Assembly (NCBI GenBank): GCA_002633005.1
Contig: NMRA01000029.1
Location: forward strand, 512,956-576,955
DNA: 64,000 bases
Reading direction: 5' to 3'
DNA from: Phoronis australis
Lineage: Eukaryota; Animalia; Phoronida
Shown: in pieces, positions 38,101-51,307 of the stretch
Numbering within the stretch: the stretch's first letter is position 1
Layout: each line of letters starts with the position of its first letter
Translations under genes and position numbers: made by a program
Notes under the pieces: generated by a model
The model's input: the letters and a program-made list of their open reading frames with translations, nothing else
Databases searched by the model: none
What the model was told of the DNA's origin: nothing

Positions 38101-41100
38101 CAAAAAATACATGGTGCTAACACATCACAAACTCAAGGCTCTTCGTGGCTTGTGTTTTAGCTAATCAAGATAAGAGCAATCACAACAATGAGGCCATTTC
38201 CGATCAGGAAATCTACCTCTTAGGTAAGTCACAGCACAAAAAAATTCAAAATTTGTAGCACTTTTGTAACCAGGCCTTTCATAAGAGAAAGCTTCAGTCA
38301 AAATAGCTAAAAACAATGACAACGCCGTTCAAGGACAGCGCATACTGTTTTTACGTCTTAATTATCTGAGTTATGCAGACTTCCCACGCATATCTTTAGA
38401 TTTCTTAAACTAGGTATTAACTTCCTACGTCGCTGTTTCAGAGGTTATTTCTGCAAAATGGCCTCTGTGTTCAGATTGACGTTAGGCATGCAGTTTTGAC
38501 AGATGAATGCAACTCTCAAGACTAGCAGGCAAAGTGAACCCACATTGCCAGGAATCAAATGCAACACGTCTCAAATAAACAGCCGGCAACTTTCAAGACT
38601 GTCAGTGCGAGACGAAATAGGCAAATCCAAAATATTCACCGAGAGATATGCAGGCTTCATGCATAGTAGACTAGGTCTACCCTGCATATTCAGCAGCACA
38701 GTGACTTGAAATACTTTTTAGACAAAAATGGGTCTCTGGTTCCAAGAGCACGCCCATCATAAACAAATACCTTCTTTTTACCCACACAAGGTTGTCACCT
38801 TTTTATTGATGCAAAAGTCAATCCCTTTATCAACCGAGTCACATAAGCCGCTAACCCCCATGGGAAGAATCTAGAAGTGAGACTTGCATTCAAATAGGGT
38901 TTTCTACACTTAAATTGGCATGTATCGTTTGCCACCTCATTTCAGCTGGAAGAAAAAAGTCCTTGTTGTTCATCCGCTGTAACATCTGTGCACGCTCAGT
39001 TGCCACACACACAAGTGCAACTCAACAGCCAGGAGTTCAACGTGCGGTGCTACCTACCATCTTTATGACGTCGTCGGGCACCTTTAGCTGAGGTGGGTCG
39101 TGGCATGCGAGCTGGCTGCTCCTGAAAAGGTGACAGGAGCAATGGGTGAACTTCACAGCCATCGTATAATTATGAACAATTACGTTCATTGGTAAGTTTA
39201 CAGATTTTTTCATGCCATTTAAGTCACACAATAGCTATTAAATGTCAATGAGCCAGACCAATTTGGGTCAATTTGTGCAAGGTAGAGAACACAGGTCGCC
39301 TTCACTCATACACATGTAAAGTCCAGCTCAGATACTCATTTGAATCCAATTCTTGGAACTGTTAACTGTGGGTTCTGTGTCGGTTGTAAAGCCAAGGCCC
39401 ATGACCTAGATACTACCACAGTACATTTAGACAGACATGCACCATGAACAACCAAAAATGTCAAAAACAGTGACTGAACCTTTACTGGTGCTACAAAATC
39501 CTACTGTCAACTGATTACCTCATCATAACACCCCAAGTCAACCCCAACAATGCAGGCTGAAGGCTTACCTCTTCATTTTCCCCTGCAGTTCCGTTCACAG
39601 TAGGCTCAGCCTCTGGCTCTGCTTCTTTGGTGGGGGCGTTGTCATCTGTCTTCTCTTTCTCTTTTTCCTTTTTCTATGGAGACGCCAAGGTAAGAGTTAC
39701 AGTGAAACGTTTAACAGGAACTTTCTGCCAACCTTGGATGAGTATGAGAGCAGAGAGTATTGCAGTGTCACATTTCTTCAAGTGTAACAACTGTCAGTGT
39801 TCAACGTTTTGTAATTGCATGACCACTGACCGCACTGTGGACGCACATCAAATGGTACCGGAATTTTCCGTAGATAAGCCCACCCAATGAAATGCCCATG
39901 GGCATTTTCGAAAAAATTATGCCAAATAAATGCCCATGGGCGTTTATTTGGTGTTTCAATTTCTGATGTCAAGTTTTTCCAGATAATGGAGGATATATTT
40001 GGAATGTTTCCACTTAAAAGCCCACTCAGCGTCAGCTTTTTGTCTCAAATTTAGTTTTCTGGAACATTTATCATCTACAAAATCAAGCAAGGTGTTGACG
40101 AACTATGCATTAATTAACATAAAATTTAAAAACATAGTTTTAAGTAAAAAATGTTGAGTCAGCAAAACTATGACTTTCTGTTTACAAGCCCCCTTTTCCG
40201 AATAAACGCCCAGGCGTTTATTTGGGGTTACTTAAAACTCCTGAAAATTTTCATTTTAGGAATACACACCCATGGGTATAAAAATCAGAACAGTTCTCAT
40301 TTGGACATTTCTTTATACTGCCAGCCAACAACACCCACATTTCTTTTAAGAACCCCAATCGTTCATTCTTCATTCAAGATTCTGACAACACACCCTAATC
40401 CCTCTTAGCTCCAAAACATGTTAAACATTCTTCCAATATCTTCATAACAACTCCACCTTTCCTCCAACATATCCGACCCTCCTCTAAGACTCCACAACCC
40501 CAAAAATACCCTATCTTCCTCTAAGACCCCCATATCATATTCAATTTTCTCCAAGACCCCACACCCCAATGCATCAAATCCTACTCTAAGATCCTCGCAT
40601 TATATTCAGCCTTTGCCAGGACTGTCTCAACATGTCCAACCTTCCCAATAGACCTCACACAACACCCAATCATTCTTATAAGTTATAAGACCCTCAACAA
40701 ATCCGACCTTCCCTTAACAGCACACAGCCCACGGCACATCCACAATTTATCTGAAAGTTCCACAACAATGCCAGTCATTCTTTTATGATCTCATAACATC
40801 CTCACGTCACATCAATCCTTCCCCCACAACCCCACAACATATCTTTCCCACGTCACATCTATCCTTCCCCCCACAACCCCACAACATATCTTTCCCACGT
40901 CACATCTATCCTTCCCCCTACATCACCTTTACCTTGTCCTTATCCTTCCGTCGCTCCCTATCTTCCTTCTGTCGCTCCCTGTCTCGCCCCTCCTTGCCTC
41001 CTTCCTTCTCCTCTTTCTTGTTCTCTTTCTCTCGTTCCTTTGCACTATCCCTGTCCTTCCTGTCACGGCTACGCTCCCGATCCTTGTCCCGATCCTTTCG

Positions 41101-44100
41101 GTCATCCTTGCTCTGCGACCGCTTACTGTCTTCAGCGCTGTTTTTCCGGTCAGCGCTACTCTTGCGATCTGTTTTTTCCTAGAGACAAAAAGCTGCATCA
41201 ACCGAGAGTTATCCATGAATGATAAATTACCTTAAGTTTTTTCTGCATTTCGCATCCAAAATAGAACACATAACACTCTCATTCAATTGCTTCTACTGAC
41301 AAGTTAGAATAGATCCACATTTCAAATAAAAAATGAGTGTTATCTACAGACCACAGAATAAATTTTCCTCAGCATTTAATGTCCAAAATATACCTGAGAC
41401 CACTCTTTACTTTGTTGCTTCAGCTGACAAAATTTGATTCATGTACCAAATAAAAACAGACAGACTGTTCAGTTTACCATCACAATGTCCAATGTAGAAA
41501 AAGGCTTACATCTTTGTCCTTCCGTCGTCGCCTGTCTGAGCTGGTATCTCTGTCTTTATTCCTGTCTTTTTTAGAAGCACTGGGTGGTTTACCGTCACCC
41601 TTGGAATCTGTCTTTTCCCCACCAAGAACTTTACTGACATATTCATCGTTATTTACCTAAAATAATTGTTAAAACACAGTAAAAATACAAAAAATGTGCT
41701 CATAGGGGCAGCTGAAAAGTAGCAGAAAGACGACTGTCTGGGAGATTGGCCATTTAACTCTGGAGATCGACCAACACTTGTCTTCATCATTTAATTTAAG
41801 TCAAAACAATTGAATACATATTTGACACATGACTACATCACAAGCCAAAAACCAGCACAAGTTAGTTGTTTAGAAGACTGCATGGCAACAGTCACTTACA
41901 AGGGTCCCGGATTTTTGAGAACCAGTTTAAAGCCCGTTATTTAGTGGAGAAAACTGGTTATCACAATGCAGGGACCCCTGTAAGCGACTTTTACAGACTG
42001 ACTTTCATTATAACTTCCCCACTGTATTTAACACAGAAACTCATCAAGATCACAATAAATGGACCTTTAGATGACTTACATTTTTACTGACTGCTTCAGC
42101 CAATGCTTGCAGAAACTCATTGGTCTTCTCAGGTTCATGACCGGCCACTATCTTGCTTGGTCGTGCGGACACCTGCCGGCCAATGACCATACCTAAAAGT
42201 ACACATTACCCAGGCATGAACAAGTCAAGGGTGCAGCTTTTGTACCACCCAGGGTGGCAAGTGGTTATGCGGTGAACTCTGGAGGGTAGAATACTACAGT
42301 ATGTAGGAATACTATGTATGTAGGATACTACAGTATGTAGGAATACTATGTACGTAGAATACTACAGTATGTAGGAATACTATGTATGTAGGATACTACA
42401 GTATGTAGGAATACTATGTATGCAGAATACTACAGTATGTAGGAATACTATGTATGTAGAATACTACAGTATGTAGGATACTACAGTATGTAGGAATACT
42501 ATGTATGTAGAATACTACAGTATGTAGGAATACTATGTATGTAGGATACTACAGTATGTAGGAATACTATGTACGTAGAGTACTACAGTATGTAGGAATA
42601 ATATGTATGTAGAATACTACAGTATGTAGGAATACTATGTATGTAGAATACTACAGTATGTAGGAATACTATGTATNGAAAACAGAATAAAATGAAATTG
42701 CCACTTAAGTGGGGCACAGTGTCCGTTGGATCCGCCTGAAAGTCGTTGAAATCTGTTGTTATCTTCATTACAAATACACTCACTAAATTTAATAAAGATC
42801 CTGCAGTGGGTTTAGGAGATACAGCTATAGGCACAAAACAAAACAAAACAAAACTACCACTAGGAGGAGCCACAGTAGTCAGTCGCCATCATCAAACGGT
42901 TGACAGAAGGGTGGACGCCAAAAACAAGATTCGGCCAGGTGGCGCAAAATACCTCGATTCCATCCAAAAACAGGAGGATAGCGTCACCTCACCAATAGAT
43001 GCCTAAATTCAAAATGTTTTGAAAATCTGTTGAGGACCTTTGAACATACAGAATTAAACGTAAAAAAATGAAATTGTCAATAGGGGGCACACCAGCAGTC
43101 AGATCCGTCCAAAAGTTGTCATCGTTCATTGCCTAAATCATATAAATACACTCTCTAAATTTAGTAAAGATCCTGCTTACGGTTTAGGAGATACAGGCAT
43201 AGGCGCAAAAAACAAAACTGCGACTAGGAGGCACCACTGTATTTGAAGTTGTCGGAAAATCATCATCAGCCGTCCACTTCACAGTATGAACGTACATGCC
43301 AATTTTCATAACCATTCTTCGAGCGGTTTGGATGATAGAGGGGTGGACGCAAAAATCATACTAGAAAACAGTAAAAATGGCCACTAGGTGCCGCAATCTA
43401 CGTCGCATCCATCCAAAAACGGGAGAACAACATCATCTCACAAATACGTGCCTGCAAATTGAATTTTATGAAAATCCGTTGAGGACTTTTGAAGATACAG
43501 AGGTAAACGTAAAAAAACTAAAATTGCCACATTGGGGCACACCGGTAGTCGGATCCGTCCGAAAGTAGTCATCATCTGTTGTCAACGTCATATAAATACA
43601 CTTCCTTAATTTAGTAATGATCCCTCAAACGGTTTAGGAGATACAGCCGTAAGTGCAAAAAAACAAAACTGCCACTAGGAGGCGCCACAGCAGTGTAAAT
43701 GGTCGGAAAATCACCGTCAGCCATCCACTTCATAGTAAGAACATACATGCTAATTTTCACAATCATCCTTTAAGCGCTTTGGTTGATAGAGGGGTGGACG
43801 CAAAAAACAGACTCAAAAACAGTAAAAATGGCCACTAGGTGACGCAAACTAAGTTGAACCCATCCAAAAACGGGAGGACAGCGTCATCTCACTAATAGGT
43901 GCCTATTTACCAAATTTTATGAAAATCCGTTGAGGACTTTTGAAGATACAGAGGTAAACGTAAGAAACTAAAATTGCCACTAGGGGGCACACTGGTAGTC
44001 TGATCCGTTCGAAAGTTCACTCATGCCGTCCCATTCATGGAAGGAAAACATATGCAAAATTTCATGAACATAAATTAAGACGTTTTTGAGATAGAGCAGC

Positions 44101-47100
44101 GGACGCCGGACGGAGATGACAGCATAATGCGTCCACATATAAATATGTGGGCACATAAAAACACATCGACTTCGCAACCATGATAAAAGCGACAGCTTAT
44201 CCGAATGACAACCTATGTACAAGTTATGTAACCAGAAACGAAGGAAATGTGACAACTTATTCAGACTAAGGAGTTATTTTTAATTAGAGATGAGTACAGC
44301 GAGGCAGCATGTATTAAGGTTTTGTGGGATCCTGGAAAAATTCCAAATCTGACTCACTTCGGAACATCATACCTCAGAAATGGCTGACCAGATTCGGATG
44401 AAACTTTCAGAGAGCATCTCTTATGCAGTTCTCCAACACGCTTTGAAATTGTTTTTAAAATGTTTCTGTTTTGTACAAGATATCAAAAATTAACTTTTTA
44501 TGATTGTTTAACACGAAAATGAAATATTTTAGAAAACTGTTATAGCCTTTTAGAGATCTTATCTTGAAAATTTCTATCAAATAAAATTTGGCTGCTATCA
44601 ATGTGCATTTCTTTTCAGGTAAATTTTACTGTCCATACATGAGTGTTCAAATTTGAGCAACCTCTTCTGATTAAGGCCCAATTTTTAAAGTGACGGGCAC
44701 AAAGTTTTAAGCAGGCGTATGTCCCTCAGGCAAGCTCGTCCCCAATGTCCGGCAATCCATGCAGCCACTTGTAGTCCCTGGCAACATCATTTGCACAGAC
44801 AAATTTATGCTTTTAGCTGTGTTTTGAATTTATGCATGTTTACTGATTGATGTAGGTTGCAGTGGCGACTCTGGGCGCATGACTTTATTGGTAAGATTTG
44901 AATTGGATTGCAACATTGGAAATTACTAAAAAATACCAAGTGTCGCTTTATGACAACTTACAAACTATTTTAAATTTCTGAATTTTCATTTTCATTTGAG
45001 TAATTTTAAATGGAATTGCACGCCAGCACGTTAACTAGGTGAAGAATCACTATGGCATCAAGGTTCCACATTCCTACGGTTGATTCCAAATATGGAGTCT
45101 CAGATAAAAACTTAAACAACGTGGTTATTCTTGAAACTCCTAAATTTACATAAAATTATGCCATGTTTCTAAAAATTTAATGTATCAAATAATGAAACAA
45201 ATAACTCCCTTTTCTCACACAACACGACAACTAGTACTCACCCACTAGATCTATTGCCTTCTGTAGAAAAGCTATTTTTGCTTCTTTATCCTGAAAAAAT
45301 CATCACCAATCATGACCTTCACCTTGATGTTTTTTATCAGTATGTCAAAAGATCCACTTATCATGAGTCGTCACTTTGTCTGCTCTAGTTGAACTTAAGA
45401 GTTAATAAGACATGGAGACTTAAAAATATCAATTTTAAATACTCGTCCAGAAAAAAGAACTTGAACATCATTTTCTAAGGGTCCAACAATGAATGACATA
45501 TCTGATAACACCAATAACTTTCCATAGTTTGCAGTTACCTTTATGTTATCTGAGCTAAGGTCCGAGTCTTCATATAAACCTTTCATGAAACCTGTGGTCT
45601 TGATTACCTAGAATCATAACAGAAAGAACCTTCAGTAACAGAGTGCAGAAAATGATCTTCCAGTTTCCACGGCAACATATAAATGCTAATGTTGCGAACA
45701 GATGCAAACCTGACAAAGAGGTAGAGAATGTTTGTCTAAAGATTACCCATCAATTCAATCTCCTTATTGATATGCCTATTTAACGTTTTCTAGTAAGTAC
45801 TCGTCGTGGAATAACTCTAATACGTCCGAGTATGAAACACTTTGCGAATTTTTGGAATGAAACAATCAATGTTTCGATGCGAGCTTATAGAAACTTGGCC
45901 TTGCAAATATCATGTGACCAAATTTTGAGCTACCCACAATCCTAAGGTGAGGTAGTTGTTTTGGTCAAAGTCAAGACTACGCATCAGTGTCACATGATCC
46001 CACATTACATCTGCGGCAGAATCAACGGAATATGTTGTGGTGTGAGCATTAAACAAAAACAACGAAATTTCCCTCGCTGTTTGTGGGTTATTTCAGGACA
46101 GACTTGAATCATTTTTGTTTGGAAATCTTAAAATGTGGTAGTCTTGGAGAGTAGAACTGTGAATAAGTGGGGTGAAACCTGTACCTTCTCAAAAAACAGT
46201 CATGATACGAAATGAAAATCATAAACAATGTTTCAATTAGCATACTACCACTGCATTGAATGTAAAAAGCACACACACCAGTAGCACATTGAAACAATGG
46301 CACACACACCAGTAGCACATTGAAACCTGCTGCAATAAAATGCCAGTAGTGACGGTACTTGTTAAGAATGCAAAGTTTAAACCGTCTTCAGATTTATTCC
46401 TCCACAGAAAAGGTATTTAACTAGAGCAAATTTACTGGTTCCCTCTAGTCATGGGAGGTATTTGCAGGGAGGTGACTCCGAGTGCTTAAGCTGATAATAT
46501 ACAGTGAGGCGGTAATAGAATGTAATGAGCATGCAAATGCTTTTTGGCCGATCGATTAAGGGACGTGATTCTGGAGCCTAGGGCCACGAGTTTCATTCCT
46601 AGTACATATATGATTTTACAACACCCAACAGACTCAAAGCAGCACAGAAGTACCACACAGCTGCGAGATGCCCAAGACGGGGAGTCAGGGACAGAGAGGG
46701 AGCAGGCTTGATGGCAAATTCCAGGATGAGCAGAGCAGGGACTCTTCAACTCCGAGCGGTGTCCTTAATTCCGCATGACTCTGAAGAAGCTGATGAGATG
46801 TACTTAAGTTTGCTTCACTCACTTGACCTTGCAACACTTAAGTAAAGGGTTTTGAGTTGGTCACCCTTAGCCCATGTGTATCAGAGTGGTAAAGAATTAG
46901 ACAATTTTTGCATCGCACTCTAAGGGGACCCAACAAATAGAATGGCAAAATCTGTGGTTGATACTAAATTTAAGCCACACAAACTATTCACAAACTTTGT
47001 TTTTTTTATCCGATCTCGCATTTGCTGGTTAGTCGATGCTGGGCTATTCAGCCATGCGATACATGGCATTAAGGATTTAATAGTAATAACTTATAACTAA

Positions 47101-47688
47101 CAGTATCAATACTGACTTTGGCCCAGCTTGGGACCTTGCAAATTATCAGATTTTTCTTGACATCATTGGCTTTCTTAAAAGTTAAGTACTCCGCGACTGA
47201 GCTTATGTAATATACTTGTCAAAAAGAAAAATGAGTGTGAGCCAATACTAAATTTTTGTTTCAAAAATCAAGTCGGCATCTCCTGAAAATATTAGTTTTA
47301 ACATGTCTTACTTTACCGTCCACATACGTGGGCAGTGCACATGAAATGGCCGACGAAAACACCATGTCATGAGACTTTCCCATTGAAAAATTCATAGACT
47401 AGTTATGATTCATGGTCGAACGTCTTATTAAGTCGGACTTCACAGCGGTTTTTGTACTCTCAGCAGATTAGCAGACATACAGTAGCATGGCCATTATTTC
47501 CCCATTCCAAATACCAAAAATAATCACCGATACTGCAACGCTCGTATTTACCACGGTTTACTCACCGAAGTCATAACATCGTGTAAAAACCGAAACGGTG
47601 GTCTGTTCAGGAGCTTTTCTGTCATCGGTGGTTTTTTGATAATTTTACCCAAGGTGTCTTGGGTTTTCTTAATCACTTTGTCATCCAT
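29193..47688 (-). CDS. TRAF3IP1: TRAF3-interacting protein 1 / intraflagellar transport protein IFT54 (MIP-T3), ~585 aa, 15 exons
   Basis: Exons: 47566-47688 ([38 protein letters not shown]), 45539-45607, 45242-45290, 42080-42192 ([19 protein letters not shown]), 41510-41656, 40933-41178 (K/R/D/E-rich), 39569-39673, 39058-39121 ([10 protein letters not shown]), 37783-37815, 34392-34494, 33792-33878 ([10 protein letters not shown]), 32323-32437, 30413-30535 ([14 protein letters not shown]), 29903-30126 ([29 protein letters not shown]), 29193-29349. Total 1758 nt in frame, all GT-AG. Confidence 0.96.
31289..31704. mobile_element. 416-bp TTAA-flanked non-autonomous element (Kolobok-like)
   Basis: ttaa|agtctaactttaacgg ... 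ccgttcaagatagact|ttaa: 16-bp TIR with 2 mismatches, RR..YY termini, TTAA on both sides. Confidence 0.7.
33544..33650. promoter_or_regulatory. Cluster of RFX X-box-like motifs in a TRAF3IP1 intron
   Basis: GTTGCTTGTCAAC 33544-56, GTTGCCGAAGTAAC 33571-84, GTTTCGTGGCAAC 33600-12, and a half site CATGACAAC at about 33641-49. Confidence 0.45.
34220..34278. repeat. (TTGTA)n microsatellite
   Basis: ttgtattgtattg tract. Confidence 0.85.
34976..36714. other. Near-identical tandem duplication (34976-35844 vs 35846-36714) joined by a single N, probably an assembly haplotype overlap
   Basis: The copies differ by scattered SNPs and small indels, and the junction is exactly the N at 35845. Confidence 0.8.
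36195..37496 (+). mobile_element. Kolobok-type DNA transposon deletion/foldback derivative with ~300-bp inverted ends and TTAA TSD
   Basis: ttaa|aggcgaaagcaacc ... ggttgccttcgcct|ttaa. The inverted match runs from 36195-36510 to 37198-37496. A THAP pseudo-ORF lies inside. A partial duplicate starts at 35326. Confidence 0.85.
36465..37195 (+). pseudogene. Frameshifted THAP domain plus Cys/His zinc-finger N-terminus of a transposase
   Basis: Read across frames: [36 protein letters not shown] (THAP C2CH signature), then KFIV../[24 protein letters not shown]. No DDE core. The duplicate ATG is at 35593. Confidence 0.8.
40802..40918. repeat. ~46-bp tandem repeat, about 2.5 copies
   Basis: cacgtcacatctatccttcccccacaaccccacaacatatctttcc repeated. 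Confidence 0.8.
42287..42676. repeat. 34-bp minisatellite (two ~17-bp subunits), about 11 copies, ending at an N
   Basis: gtagaatactacagtatgtaggaatactatgtat repeated. Confidence 0.95.
42678..44161 (+). mobile_element. Helentron/HINE-like element with an internal 450-bp (3 x ~150 bp) satellite array
   Basis: Units start at about 42695, 43071, 43521 and 43971. The 3' end has cggacgccggacgg, the hairpin gtccacatat-aa-atatgtgggc (44131-52) and ataaaaa. The 5' end is lost at N 42677. Confidence 0.65.
45663..45676. promoter_or_regulatory. RFX X-box GTTTCCACGGCAAC in TRAF3IP1 intron 1
   Basis: Near-consensus 14-bp X-box in a ciliary gene. Confidence 0.5.
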
Positions 47689-47874
47689 GATGACAGACAG
47701 TCAATGAAGCACCACAAAAGCACGTTTCTGTCAAAATTCGCACTTAAAAGTTCCCATTGGTACAGTATTTTTCCTGCCGAGTGAAGTGATCTCTCAAATA
47801 AATTTTCGTCCAGTCGGAATTCTATCCCATAATGCTTTTCGCGAGCTTGCGCAATTTGGGATTTCCGCTTGTAT

Positions 47875-47888
47875 GGCGTCATGGATAC
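47875..47888. promoter_or_regulatory. Promoter X-box-like motif GGCGTCATGGATAC about 190 bp upstream of the TRAF3IP1 ATG
   Basis: Strong CATGGATAC half site at the typical position. IFT genes are established RFX targets. Confidence 0.5.
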
Positions 47889-50597
47889 CAGGGAACTTCA
47901 TTTTCAAGTAAAATAGGCATTGTAGTTTGAATTTTTAAGAGTTCGAATAAAACATTTAAATATTATTTAACTTTTAATTCATGTCATTATATGGCTTACA
48001 CAGTTTTATTCAGATTTTTTCATTTCTAAGGTTCAATATTTGCTTTTTTATTTACCTGCAATGCTCCCCAAATACCCTGGATGGATTTCTAAAGAGAGGG
48101 CGCAGTGATCAGAGACATGATTGTGCTGGCGAATCTACGACACTGAGTTAAGAAGGTGGCTATATCAAAATCATTCACACAGTGCCGTACCGTAAGGCGC
48201 ATGATTGAAATTCTGGGGATTCGTCACTGCCAAATTGGAATTAAATGCAGGATAATTTCCACGGTTTCCCAGGGTGTTAGCAAAAAATAAGCCCATGCAT
48301 GGACGGATAGTTGAGAAACGGCGACCTTTCACTGACTGAAAAACGGCGAGGCCGAATCATAGTACGCCCGTACGACGATTTCCGCTGCGCTGACGCGTCC
48401 TGCTCCGCGGACTGTCAAATTCACTCATTATGATGCAGTTTTGTTAAACTCGCGCGGTTGTGATTTTTTTTAAGTAACACGCCCATGGCAGTCGCTGGTA
48501 TTTCATTCAGTTGTCCATATAGCGATTCAGTTTTTTAAGTAACACGCCCTTATAATTCATATGGCAGTCGCTGGTATTTTGTCCATATAGCGGGCCTACA
48601 TGTACTTACTTCGCATTCAAAAAATGTCCTCAGTCGGTTACCATCGCCATGAAGCAACCTCGCAATGTGTGCTATATTTATCTCATTGAGCCCACCTATC
48701 TCAGGTCAGTCTCGCCGCGACCGTGATGCTGAAAAAGAACATTCGCCATAGATTTAAAAAATTCAAAGGCGGATACTATTTACTAAAAACTGTCAAGTTA
48801 GTCGCTGGCCTGATTTCATGTTCGTTTCATTCAGTTGACTTTAGCCCGCTATACTGACAGGCGCGTATTGGTTTACTCCCCAAACCGCAAAGATGACTGG
48901 CATACTGAGTGAATTCTTCTCATGAGGAGATTCAAAATATAATGTCTTACCAAAATAAATTTTAATTTTACATCAAAACATATTAAATTCGTAGGCTTAT
49001 TTTAGAACGAATGAATCTGTCATATTTTCAAAACACTGTTGATCCAAACATGAGTTATACCTGAATACCCTCGTGGGCGTACTCAAATTTTATGCTCGTG
49101 GACGCCAATTGTGGGTGGGCCTATTTCAGGAAGTTGTCCTGGTATGTTTCAACTTTGAGTGTCACGAAACTGAGCGCTATCTATTGGCCAATATTAGTGC
49201 GATTCTCAATCCCTTTAGTGCACACGAGTTCTTGGTATTACATAAAATTAGGCCTGCCAGAAGCGTTCATTTCGTTAGTAACGTTTCGAGTACTTTTTGC
49301 CAGTGAACCAAAATTCTGAAAAAAATTTGCTTCGGCGAGGATGTCGTTTCCACAAAAAAAATGTCACTTTTAACAAACCTTAAAATCCAGCAAACTAGGC
49401 GTAAGTAATTAAGTTCGCTCAGTTCTTGCATTTTGGGGATTAATTGTGTTGATAACAAAGACTCATAGTCTTCTGTCTTTAACGCTTGTTGATGAGAGTT
49501 TAATTTAGTTGTTGAATTTTTCTTTGTTTGACTTGAAATTTTAATCAATACAGTCAAATATGTACGTTAAAACGTTTCTTAACATGACACTCTTTCATCA
49601 GCACAACATTTATCGGTGTTCTAAAAGCAGAATAGACCCGGTGTTTTTAGGATATTTTAGTGTGCAGATGTCCACCACAAAATGACCGCTATATTTTCCG
49701 AAAAAAAATCCAGTAGTAAAAACTTTTATTAAACCTTAGGCCCTAGCCACAAGACAGTAATTTACCGTACGAAGTGTTTCCGGCTGAAAACGACGCGGGG
49801 GAAATAGTATCCGAAAAACAAATGAAAGAATGCACGCAATCTTGCTCTGTTTTCTACTTTTATATCAGCTGTACTTCTGTTCCCGCTTACAACCTGAATA
49901 TAGGATCCCCATCGATACTTGGCCTAGCCTGAATCTGCAAAATAAGCATTCGGTCAACCTTTCGTCGGTGCCGTCACCGCCGGGCAGCATTCGATCTGCC
50001 AAATAACCTGTAATTGAAATGGGGGGTAATCGGGCGGCAATTGGAGTTCGGTTAGCTCAAACCGTGTGTTTCTGAGGTGTTTTGCCGACTCCGCTGATGT
50101 CATTTTAAAAATTCTCTTCTTAGCGTTGAAATCAAAGACCTATTGGAAGAATTATTCGTGGGCGTTTCGTCAGTGGAGGCTTCACTTTTGGTTTTGGTCA
50201 AGGAAACTGGAGACAGAACGGTTTTACGTTTACAATTAATAACAATGTGATATGATTTTGGTGTTTGGTTTTTGACACTAGGTCACAACGATCATTAGCT
50301 GGTGGTCTTGACGTCAGTGATTTAATGAAGTTTCCGCTTCAGTTCAACGGAAACTCATAAAAGGCCATGCATGTTTGTAATTCAGTTATGTCAAGCAGAT
50401 CAGTTCATGACATTCAGTAACCCAGCATTACTTTTTAAAGCTGAGGAATCCGTTTTCTGTAAAAAATAGCTTTTGAGCAAGACCACTTATTTATAAAAAT
50501 TCAACTTACTTCGAATGAAGAAGTGATTTCGGAGCTTTTGTGACGAAACCAAATCGTTTTTTCTCGAAGCCAGACTCAATAGCATGTCACTGCACTG

Positions 50598-51307
50598 CAG
50601 TGGCGGATCTAGGATATCACAAGGGGGGCCCAACATTTTTCCGGCTGTAAGCATTTGCGCGAACCACGATTGTACATGCGCACAGCACCGAATGGGGAGA
50701 GGTCGGGAGGGGGGTTTGCCCCGCTCCCGCCCAGGAAATTTTTCTGTTTTTTCCTATAAAAATCAAGCATTTTCCTTGATTTCTGATGTATTATCCAAGA
50801 AAAAAAGGAAAAAAAAAACACGGAGAATGTGACACACAGGAAAATTGCGAGTTTCACAGACTCGAACTCACGACCTGGCTGACAAGACGGGCGTGCTTTG
50901 CCACTACACCATCACGACATCACTAGTAAACAGAAACTAAGAGACCTACTTGTTTATGGTCCACAGCGTTTACGCGCGAAACCTTCTTCTTTTTGTAATG
51001 TTTATTACACATTTTATATTTTGTGTAATAGGTTCTTAACAAATTTGTTGTATTTAAAATAGTGTTCAAATGCCCAAAAGACCAAATCCGTTTTTCGTGT
51101 TGGCAATAATGACGGGATTGGTTTGGAAATCGTCTTAAGTTAAGGTTTGACAAAGAGAGAATTAATGAGTTTCTGAGTGATTCACATAGGCTTCGATTGA
51201 ATTTCACATCTTACCCGCAGCTTCTATTTTTTCATCGTCACTCAGGTTCCATTTTCTTTAAAAANGGGGCCGGGCCCCCTGGGCCCCCCCCCCTAAATCC
51301 GCCTATG
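50598..51307. mobile_element. hAT5-like non-autonomous DNA transposon, 5-bp TSD CACTG
   Basis: TIRs cagtggcggatctagg and cctaaatccgcctatg, with CACTG at 50593-97 and 51308-12. Homologous to 25473-26016. Confidence 0.85.

Noticed and set aside
42287-42676. Regular short repeats resembling a CRISPR array
   Set aside because: There are no unique spacers. It is a head-to-tail minisatellite in a eukaryotic intron with no cas genes.
49888-50008. Exon-like minus-strand block (YLADRMLPGGDGTDERL...)
   Set aside because: Stops in all frames, no partner exons and no recognisable homology.
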